Shown here piece by piece: positions 8,896 to 15,204 of a DNA stretch of 15,204 nucleotides. The stretch comes from Thermodesulfobacteriota bacterium. GTDB lineage: Bacteria > Desulfobacterota > Desulfobulbia > Desulfobulbales > SURF-16. The position numbers and the translations under genes are program-made. The notes under the pieces are model-generated. The model was not told where the DNA came from, did no database searches, and saw only the letters and a program-made list of their open reading frames with translations. Location of the stretch: assembly GCA_040755455.1 (NCBI GenBank), contig JBFMAY010000061.1, positions 1 through 15,204 of the forward strand, written 5' to 3'. Each line of letters begins with the position of its first letter. Positions within the stretch are counted from its first letter, which is position 1.

Positions 8896-9929
8896 GCAAG
8901 TTCCGCTATCCTGCTGCGGGAATAGACATCCATGTCAAGAGTGGTAACCGCCTGGTGCGGGAAGAGATAAAATCCCGCCAGGGCGATCATCGCCGCATTG
9001 TCCGTGCAGAATTTCTGCGGCGGCATATATACCGTGAATCCCTCTTTGCCGCCCTCCTGCCGGAACACCTCACGCAGTCTGGGGTTGGCGGCGACCCCTC
9101 CGGCCAGCACGACATTTTCGACATTATGGTGCCGGGCGGCCTTCATCGTCTTGCCCACCAGGACATCGACCACCGCTTCCTGAAAAGAGGCGCAGATGTC
9201 TGCCGTTGCAGCACCTGACAGCCTTCTGTCGTCGCCGGCCATGCGCAATGGCGGATTTTGCTTGACGTAATTGGCTACAGACGTTTTGATGCCGCTGAAG
9301 CTGAAATCAAGGCTGTCCGGTTCAAGCCAGGAACGCGGGAAATGAATGGCCGCCGGGTCGCCGTTTTTTGATAACTCCGAGATGATCGGCCCGCCGGGAT
9401 AGGGGAGGTCAAGAATTTTCGCCACCTTGTCAAAGGCTTCCCCCGCCGCATCATCCCGTGTTCGGCCAACCAGCCGGTAATGAAAGTAGTCTGTTACATA
9501 AAAGATGGAGGAGTGGCCGCCGGAGGCGATCAGGGCTATATAGGGGAAGACGGGTTTGTTTTCTCCCAGAAAGACGGAAAAAAGATGGCCTGCCATGTGA
9601 TCCACCCCGACATAGGGTATTTTTTTTACCAGAGCCAGGGCCTTGGCAAAGGAAAGTCCGACCAGCAGCGAGCCGATAAGGCCGGGTCCCTGGGTGATGG
9701 CCAGACCGTCCACCTGATCCAGGGTGATGCCTGCCTGCTGCAGGGCCTGCGCAACAACGGGATAAATATCCTCCAGATGCTTGCGGGAGGCCAGTTCCGG
9801 CACAACACCGCCGTATATGCCATGGAGATCGATTTGCGAGTTAACAACATTTGCCAACAGACGTCTGTCATCTTCCATAACTGCGGCGGCAGTTTCATCG
9901 CATGAACTTTCTATTCCCAGGATGATCAT
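8892..9929 (-). CDS. tsaD: tRNA N6-adenosine threonylcarbamoyltransferase TsaD (345 aa)
   Basis: ILGIESSCDETAAAV, GGVVPELASRKH, GPGLIGSL, HMAGH, SGGHS, DDAAGEAFDKVAK, FSFSGIKT, GGVAAN, CTDNAAMIA. Confidence 0.99.
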   Translation of the reverse strand: MIILGIESSCDETAAAVMEDDRRLLANVVNSQIDLHGIYGGVVPELASRKHLEDIYPVVAQALQQAGITLDQVDGLAITQGPGLIGSLLVGLSFAKALALVKKIPYVGVDHMAGHLFSVFLGENKPVFPYIALIASGGHSSIFYVTDYFHYRLVGRTRDDAAGEAFDKVAKILDLPYPGGPIISELSKNGDPAAIHFPRSWLEPDSLDFSFSGIKTSVANYVKQNPPLRMAGDDRRLSGAATADICASFQEAVVDVLVGKTMKAARHHNVENVVLAGGVAANPRLREVFRQEGGKEGFTVYMPPQKFCTDNAAMIALAGFYLFPHQAVTTLDMDVYSRSRIAELA

Positions 9930-9935
9930 CGGCAG

Positions 9936-9944
9936 ATTTTACCA
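9936..9944 (-). promoter_or_regulatory. Putative extended -10 promoter of tsaD (leaderless geometry)
   Basis: Minus strand reads TGG TAAAAT CTGCCG ATG; only 6 nt between the -10 and the start codon; no SD. Confidence 0.55.
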
Positions 9945-9975
9945 TGAGGCTGTCAGGATGATCCCCCCAAAGTGC

Positions 9976-10005
9976 TTGCCTTGGGCGGACAAAAATTGAT
10001 AATGT
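9976..10005 (+). promoter_or_regulatory. Putative sigma70 promoter of moaA
   Basis: TTGCCT (9976-9981), 18-nt spacer ending in TG-A, TAATGT (10000-10005); an overlapping GATAAT at 9998-10003 is an alternative -10. Confidence 0.5.
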
Positions 10006-10013
10006 GACATATT

Positions 10014-11078
10014 ATGACAAAAATTACTCCTGAAATTGTACAGACACAACAAGAAAAATCCCTGGAAAGCCTGGTGGCAACCGGGCAGCTTGTTGATCTT
10101 TTTTCCCGTTCCATTTCCTACCTGCGGGTTTCGTTGACCGACCAGTGCAACCTGCGCTGCATTTACTGCACACCCAGGGAGATCGGCGAAAAACTGCCCT
10201 GCCATGAGCTGCTGAGCTACGAAGAGCTGCTGCGGGTCATCGGGCTTGCCGTGGAGCTTGGCATCCGCAAGGTGCGGCTCACCGGGGGAGAGCCGCTGGT
10301 GCGGAAAAATATTGTCTCCTTTATCCGGCGGCTGGCCGCCATTCCCGGTTTATCTGACATCCGCCTGACCACCAACGGGGTCATGTTGACAAAATATGCC
10401 GGGGATCTCTTTGCCGCCGGCATCAGAAAGCTCAATATCAGCCTCGATACCCTGCAAAAAGAACGGTTTGCCCGGATCGCCGGGACCGATCTCTTCGAGC
10501 AGGTATGGGAGGGCATCAATCTCGTCCAGGCCATGGGTTTTTCACCGGTTAAATTGAACATGGTGGCCCTGCGCGGTATCAACGATGACGAACTGGTTGA
10601 TTTTGCCAAGCTCTCCCTGACCCGGGCCCTGCAGATACGCTTCATTGAATTCATGCCCATCGGTGACGCAACCATCTGGGGTGAGGAGCGCTATATATCC
10701 TCTGAGGAAATCATGGAACGAATCAGTGTCCTTGGTGAACTGATACCGGTGCAGACTGCCCGCATGGACGGCCCTGCCCGTATTTACCGGTTCAGGCAGG
10801 CGGGGCAGGTCAGGGGGTCGGTGGGTTTTATCAGCCCCATCAGCCATAAGTTCTGTGAGCAGTGCAACCGTCTGCGCCTGACCTCTGAGGGGCGGCTGCG
10901 TTCATGCCTGCTTTCCGATCAGGAAACAGACCTCAAAAAGATTCTCCGGTCAGGCGGCAGCGATGATGATGTGAAAAGGGCCCTGGTGCAAACGATCCTT
11001 GATAAGCCCAAAAGCCATACCCTGCTTGAAAAAGATGGTGTCAGCTGCCATGGCCGGATGTCACGCATTGGGGGTTGA
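10014..11078 (+). CDS. moaA: GTP 3',8-cyclase MoaA, radical SAM enzyme of Moco biosynthesis (354 aa; start uncertain)
   Basis: YLRVSLTDQCNLRCIYC (CxxxCxxC), RLTGGEP, LTTNG, NISLDTL, RFIEFMP, FCEQCNRLRLTSEGRLRSCL, C-terminal MSRIGG. Confidence 0.99.
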   Translation: MTKITPEIVQTQQEKSLESLVATGQLVDLFSRSISYLRVSLTDQCNLRCIYCTPREIGEKLPCHELLSYEELLRVIGLAVELGIRKVRLTGGEPLVRKNIVSFIRRLAAIPGLSDIRLTTNGVMLTKYAGDLFAAGIRKLNISLDTLQKERFARIAGTDLFEQVWEGINLVQAMGFSPVKLNMVALRGINDDELVDFAKLSLTRALQIRFIEFMPIGDATIWGEERYISSEEIMERISVLGELIPVQTARMDGPARIYRFRQAGQVRGSVGFISPISHKFCEQCNRLRLTSEGRLRSCLLSDQETDLKKILRSGGSDDDVKRALVQTILDKPKSHTLLEKDGVSCHGRMSRIGG

Positions 11079-12161
11079 TTGCCTGGCCTGGGGATAGGAC
11101 CCGAGCCATTCGAAATAGGAGCAGCTTTCCTGCAGCCGTTCGAATGCCTCGACCAGCACTCCGTCCATGTGATGGCCGAGCATATCGATGAAGAAGAGAT
11201 ATTTGCCGGGCTCCCCTTTGACCGGGCGGGATTCGATCCTGGTCAGGTTGATGTTGCGGCGGGCCAGAATGGCCAGGGTGTCATTCAAGGCCCCCGGCCG
11301 GTCAAGCAGTCCCAGCAGGAGGGAGGTTTTGTCCCGGCCGCTTTTGGAGGGAGACTGTTTGCCGATCAGCACAAATCGTGTGGTGTTGCCCCGGTAGTCT
11401 TCGATCCCCTTGACCACGACCTGGAGCTGGTAGGTTTTGATGGCCAGCGAGCTGGCTATGGCGGCAACCGTATGGTCGTCGTGGGCCATCTGGGCCGCCT
11501 GGCCTGTGCTGAAAACCGACTGGGTGGGAACGTTGGGCAGCTGTTTGCGCAGCCACTGACGGCATTGGGCCAGTGGCTGGGAGTGGGAGACAATGAGTTT
11601 GATATCATTGATATCCCCGGAATGGTTGACCAGATTATGGGTGATGTTGAGGTATTCTTCACCGCAGATCTTGACCTTGCATTTCATGAAGGCGTCCAGG
11701 GTGGAGGTGACTGATCCCTCTATGGAATTCTCAACCGGCACAATGCCGTATTGCACCCTGCCCCGTTCCACCTCGTAAAAGATGTCCTCGATGGTTTCAA
11801 TGGGGCGATAATCAGCCGAATGGCCGAAATACTTTACCGCGGCGAGATGGGAGAAGGTCGCCTGCGGTCCCAGGTAAGCCACCTCCACCGGTTTCTGGGA
11901 GAGTCGGCAGGTGGTGATGATCTCGTGGTAAATGCTGAAAAGGGCCTCCTCGGGAAATTCGCCGTTATTGTCACGGATCAGCCTGTCGTATATCTGCCGT
12001 TCCCGCAGAGGGTCCCATTTTGCCCTGTTTTCCTTGGATTTCAGGTGGCCGATTTCCTGGGCGCATTTCAGCCTTTCCTTTAACAATTTCAATATGGTGT
12101 CATCAATGGTGTCAATGCGGTTGCGGACATTGATGAGGGCTGCCTGATTGTCTGTGGCCAT
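11061..12161 (-). CDS. pheA: Bifunctional chorismate mutase/prephenate dehydratase, P-protein (366 aa)
   Basis: AroQ domain (RNRIDTID, DPLRE); PDT motifs AYLGPQATFSH, VPVENSIEGSV, SHSQPLAQC, NTTRF; ACT domain with IESRP and LGSYP. Confidence 0.98.
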   Translation of the reverse strand: MATDNQAALINVRNRIDTIDDTILKLLKERLKCAQEIGHLKSKENRAKWDPLRERQIYDRLIRDNNGEFPEEALFSIYHEIITTCRLSQKPVEVAYLGPQATFSHLAAVKYFGHSADYRPIETIEDIFYEVERGRVQYGIVPVENSIEGSVTSTLDAFMKCKVKICGEEYLNITHNLVNHSGDINDIKLIVSHSQPLAQCRQWLRKQLPNVPTQSVFSTGQAAQMAHDDHTVAAIASSLAIKTYQLQVVVKGIEDYRGNTTRFVLIGKQSPSKSGRDKTSLLLGLLDRPGALNDTLAILARRNINLTRIESRPVKGEPGKYLFFIDMLGHHMDGVLVEAFERLQESCSYFEWLGSYPQARQSTPNA

Positions 12162-12325
12162 AGTCTGATTTTTTTTCTGAATTTATATATATGTTCCCGT
12201 TTTTTTATGGGTTGGGACGCAATTTTGATGATAGAATGAGCATTATTAAAGCAAATTAGCGGATATGGAAAGAGAAAAAGAAATGCCGTGCAAAAATCCT
12301 AGCCGGTATCCATGTTTCTTCTAAC

Positions 12326-12354
12326 TTGAAAAAATATTAAAAGTATTCTAGGGT
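12326..12354 (+). promoter_or_regulatory. Putative sigma70 promoter of the CBS-ACT/DUF39/LarE cluster
   Basis: TTGAAA (12326-12331), 17-nt spacer, TAGGGT (12349-12354); predicted +1 near 12361. Confidence 0.45.
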
Positions 12355-12360
12355 TGAAAT

Positions 12361-12419
12361 CATTTCCCTTAGCAGCACAAGCCTGTTCCTTTGCCAAGAA
12401 GGAACCTTGAGGGAAAGTG
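12361..12419 (+). promoter_or_regulatory. Structured 5' leader (candidate cis-regulatory RNA)
   Basis: TTTCCCTTAG 12363-12372 pairs with TTGAGGGAAA 12407-12416 (2 G-U), enclosing the perfect 7-bp hairpin GTTCCTT 12385-12391 / AAGGAAC 12399-12405. Confidence 0.5.
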
Positions 12420-12443
12420 GTTCAGACAAGAGGTAGAGATCGC

Positions 12444-13043
12444 ATGAAAATAAAAAACTGGATGAAAAGCAATCCGAAGACCATCCACCGAACCGCGCTA
12501 CTGCAGGAGGCGGCCGACCTGATGAAGAAGCACTCCATCAGGCACCTGCCGGTTGTTGAGGATGATCAGCTGGTTGGCTTTATTACTGAAAGCGATTTGC
12601 GGCAGTTTTCTTTTCCGTCAATGGTGGAACAGATACCGGTTCATCAGGTGATGGTATTGAACCCGATTACGGTCAATGCCAATGCCAGCATTGAAACGGC
12701 AGCGCGGCTCATTCACGATTACAAAATCGGCGGTTTGCCCGTGCTTGACAAGAAAAAACTGGTAGGCATCATAACGGCATCCGATCTTCTTTCCGCCTTT
12801 ATCGAGGTGCTCGGCCTGTTCAAGGCCTCGACCCGCATCGATGTGGTGATTGACAAAAAGAGCGGTCTCGAGGATGTAACCAGGATCGTTAATGAACACG
12901 GCGGCGAGATCATCAGTGTCGCCATTGAAAGTCATGCTGCCAGGCGGAAAGTGCATTATTTTCGACTGGAAAGATGTGATCCTGCCCCGATTGTCGAGGC
13001 GTTGGAGGCGGCTGGCCATAAAGTTGTTTCCGTTATGGAGTGA
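12444..13043 (+). CDS. CBS-pair + ACT domain protein, AcuB-like architecture (199 aa; alternative GTG start 12417)
   Basis: Two CBS repeats (IRHLPVV..LVGFITESDL; IGGLPVL..LVGIITASDL) followed by an ACT-like domain (SGLEDVTRIVNEHGGEIISV...LEAAGHKV). SD-like AGAGGT at 12429-12434. Confidence 0.92.
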   Translation: MKIKNWMKSNPKTIHRTALLQEAADLMKKHSIRHLPVVEDDQLVGFITESDLRQFSFPSMVEQIPVHQVMVLNPITVNANASIETAARLIHDYKIGGLPVLDKKKLVGIITASDLLSAFIEVLGLFKASTRIDVVIDKKSGLEDVTRIVNEHGGEIISVAIESHAARRKVHYFRLERCDPAPIVEALEAAGHKVVSVME

Positions 13044-13053
13044 GGTTGATTGC

Positions 13054-14223
13054 ATGAGTGAGTGGAAGGTTCAGAAAACCTACGATGAAATAAACACCAG
13101 AATCAAGGCTGGCGAGGCGGTGGTGGTGACGGCCGAGGAGATGGTCGGCATTGTCCGTGAGCATGGCCCGGAAGAGGCGGCCAGAAAGGTCGATGTTGTC
13201 ACCACCGGCACCTTTTCCCCCATGTGTTCCTCCGGTGCCTTTATCAATTTCGGCCATTCCCAGCCGACGATCAAGGCGTCCAAGGTGTGGCTCAACGGTG
13301 TTCCTGCCTATGCGGGCCTTGCCGCCGTGGATGTCTATATCGGTGCGGCTGAACTGGCGGAAGACGACCCCTTGAACAAGGTCTTTCCCGGTGAATTTCT
13401 CTATGGCGGCGGCCATGTGCTTGAGGACCTGGTGGCCGGCCGGAAGATTCATCTGAAGGCGGTGGCCTACGGCACGGACTGTTATCCGAACAAGGGCATT
13501 GAAAAGGACGTCACTTTGCGGGATCTTCCCTATGCCCTGCTGGTCAATCCCAGGAACTGCTACCAGAACTATAACTGTGCCGTCAATCTGTCCAATAAAA
13601 CGATATATACCTACATGGGCACGCTGCGGCCCTTCGGCAAGAATGCTAATTATTGCAGCGCCGGCGAGCTGAGCCCGCTGCTCAATGATCCATACTTCAA
13701 GACCATCGGCATAGGGACCCGTATTTTTCTGGGAGGCGGGATCGGTTATGTGGGCTGGCACGGCAGCCAGCATAATCCCGGCGCTCCACGGCTGGAAAAC
13801 GGTACGCCGAGCAGACCGGCCGGGACCCTCATGGTTTATGGCGACCTGAAGCTGATGAGCAACCGCTGGCTGAAAGGTATCAGCATGCAGGGTTATGGCG
13901 CCACCCTTGCAGTGGGCATAGGTATTCCTATCCCCATCCTCAATGAGGATATGGCACGCTACACAGGCGTTTCCGATGCCGAACTCGTCACCCAGGTGGT
14001 GGATTACTCCTATGATTACCCCCATGGCGTAAAGCGCAATTATGGTGAGGTCACCTACGCCCAGCTCAAAAGCGGGCATATTGAGGTGAACGGCAAGGAA
14101 GTCCCCACCGCCCCGTTGTCGAGTTTTGTCCGGGCGCGGGAGATTGCCCTCATTTTGAAAGAATGGATCGAAAAGGGCGACTTTCTGCTGGAAAAGCCGG
14201 TACAGAATTTGCCTGACAAGTAA
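13054..14223 (+). CDS. DUF39 homocysteine biosynthesis protein (L-aspartate semialdehyde sulfurtransferase family, MA1821/MJ0100-like), no fused CBS domain (389 aa)
   Basis: KTYDEINTRIKAGEAVVVTAEE, VDVVTTGTFSPMCSSGA, AYAGLAAVDVYIGA, YGGGHV, GTDCYP, NPRNCYQNY, ELSPLLNDP, IGIGTRIFLGG, GIGIPIPILNE. SD GGAGTGAGG 13037-13045 supports ATG 13054. Confidence 0.92.
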   Translation: MSEWKVQKTYDEINTRIKAGEAVVVTAEEMVGIVREHGPEEAARKVDVVTTGTFSPMCSSGAFINFGHSQPTIKASKVWLNGVPAYAGLAAVDVYIGAAELAEDDPLNKVFPGEFLYGGGHVLEDLVAGRKIHLKAVAYGTDCYPNKGIEKDVTLRDLPYALLVNPRNCYQNYNCAVNLSNKTIYTYMGTLRPFGKNANYCSAGELSPLLNDPYFKTIGIGTRIFLGGGIGYVGWHGSQHNPGAPRLENGTPSRPAGTLMVYGDLKLMSNRWLKGISMQGYGATLAVGIGIPIPILNEDMARYTGVSDAELVTQVVDYSYDYPHGVKRNYGEVTYAQLKSGHIEVNGKEVPTAPLSSFVRAREIALILKEWIEKGDFLLEKPVQNLPDK

Positions 14224-14269
14224 TTCTGCTGATTTTGCTGAGACCAGGTCGGATATTTCCTTGGAATTA

Positions 14270-15046
14270 ATGGAAAAATATCATTGCCTCGTGGCTGCGC
14301 TCAGAAAAGCAGGCCATGGGGCAGTGGCTTTTTCAGGCGGCGTTGACAGCACCTTGCTGCTCAAGGCCGCCACTGAGGCCTATGGCGCGGATGCCTTGGC
14401 TTTTCACGCGCGTTCGCCGGTACAGAAGTCGAGAATACAGGAAAGGGTCAGGCTGACCTGTCAACAGCTCGGCTGCGCGCTGCAGATTGTTGATCTTGAT
14501 CCCTTGTCCTGGCCGGAATTTGCTGCAAACAGCGATTTGCGCTGCTACCATTGCAAAAAGAAAATTTATACTTACTTGACGTCATTGCTTCCTTTTGGGT
14601 ATAAACTCTTAGACGGGACCAATCTTGACGATCTCTGCCAGGATCGTCCGGGGCTTCTGGCTGTCAGGGAGCTGCAGGTGCAGATGCCATTGGTTGAGGC
14701 GGGTTTGACAAAAAGGGAGATACGCTCCCTCTGTAGGGAATTCCAGCTTGCCTGCTGGAATCTTCCCTCGGAATCCTGCCTTGCTACCCGCATTGCGGGC
14801 GGCGTGGCCATTACGCCTGTACTGCTGCAGGATGTGGAATGCGGGGAAAATTTTCTTGAGGCCAGAGGTTTTCCCGGCTGCCGGGTCAGGCTTGACGGCA
14901 AATCTGTATTTATTACGCTGTCTCATGGAGATAGTAATCGTTTTCTCGAAAGTGCTCTGAGGGATGAAGTGATAAATTTCTTCGCAAAACTCAATTATAC
15001 CAAAGTTTTTCTTGAACTTTCTGAGCGACCGAGTATTTTAAATTGA
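14270..15046 (+). CDS. larE: LarE-like ATP-dependent PP-loop sulfur transferase (258 aa; alternative TTG start 14261)
   Basis: PP-loop AFSGGVDS, RCYHCKK, DGTNLDD..DRPG, GLTKREIR, WNLPSESCLATRI, RVR; C-terminal motifs look diverged. Confidence 0.85.
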   Translation: MEKYHCLVAALRKAGHGAVAFSGGVDSTLLLKAATEAYGADALAFHARSPVQKSRIQERVRLTCQQLGCALQIVDLDPLSWPEFAANSDLRCYHCKKKIYTYLTSLLPFGYKLLDGTNLDDLCQDRPGLLAVRELQVQMPLVEAGLTKREIRSLCREFQLACWNLPSESCLATRIAGGVAITPVLLQDVECGENFLEARGFPGCRVRLDGKSVFITLSHGDSNRFLESALRDEVINFFAKLNYTKVFLELSERPSILN

Positions 15047-15087
15047 TATTGAGTATTTTTTTTGGGAAAAACAGTGTTTTTTTTTGT

Positions 15088-15116
15088 TTGACAATCTAAT
15101 AGTGTTTGGTTAAATC
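15088..15116 (+). promoter_or_regulatory. Putative sigma70 promoter of the HU gene
   Basis: Consensus TTGACA (15088-15093) preceded by T tracts (UP-like); 16-17 nt to an imperfect -10 (TTAAAT or TAAATC, 15110-15116). Confidence 0.55.
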
Positions 15117-15172
15117 GGCACTAACGTTCGTGTTAGATTCATCTATTAAGTTATTCGTGAGGAGGAAGGATT

Positions 15173-15204
15173 ATGAATAAGAGTGAATTGGTTGAAAGCA
15201 TGGC
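15173..15204 (+). CDS. hup: HU-family DNA-binding protein, 5' fragment truncated by the window end
   Basis: ATG AAT AAG AGT GAA TTG GTT GAA AGC ATG GC = MNKSELVESM(A), a typical HU N-terminus; strong SD GAGGAGG at 15159-15165. Not in the ORF track. Confidence 0.85.
   Translation, partial: MNKSELVESM

Noticed and set aside
12213..12222. TGGGACGCAA resembling part of a c-di-GMP-I riboswitch
   Set aside because: The upstream GGCAAAC/GNRA P2 stem and the downstream P3 elements are absent.
12880..13053. DUF39 frame is open 58 codons upstream, with TTT CGA at 12960-12965 as a possible +1 shift site giving a CBS-DUF39 fusion
   Set aside because: A shift would truncate the ACT domain, ATG 13054 has its own strong SD, and an open stretch of this length can arise by chance. 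Only ribosome profiling or conservation could revive it.
15064..15085. Possible intrinsic terminator after larE (GGGAAAAAC-AGT-GTTTTTTTT)
   Set aside because: The stem is nearly all A-U/G-U with a 3-nt loop; it is better explained as the AT-rich UP region of the HU promoter.
1..15204. CRISPR arrays, IS elements, prophage or defence genes, tRNA/rRNA
   Set aside because: No regularly spaced repeats, transposase/integrase motifs or tRNA/rRNA signatures were seen; all long regions are explained by housekeeping or metabolic CDSs.

Overview
Core-genome window from a GC-rich anaerobic bacterium. The gene content (DUF39, DUF166, tsaD-DUF2062-rsmA) suggests Desulfobacterota/deltaproteobacteria; this is inference. 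Gene order: rho, rpmE, prfA, prmC, murA (+); then on the minus strand a DUF166-like gene, a small acidic hypothetical gene, an iron-containing alcohol dehydrogenase, rsmA, DUF2062 and tsaD; moaA (+) overlapping convergent pheA (-); then a + strand cluster of a CBS-ACT protein, a DUF39 homocysteine-biosynthesis protein and a LarE-like PP-loop sulfur transferase; then the first 32 nt of an HU gene. I see no mobile elements, CRISPR arrays, tRNAs or rRNAs. The best candidate for an undescribed system is the CBS-ACT/DUF39/LarE-like sulfur-insertion cluster with a structured 5' leader. Other leads are a highly structured rho leader, apparently leaderless divergent tsaD/moaA promoters and the DUF166 plus hypothetical gene pair. 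Family calls rest on motif recognition by eye and RNA folds on manual pairing; no searches were run.
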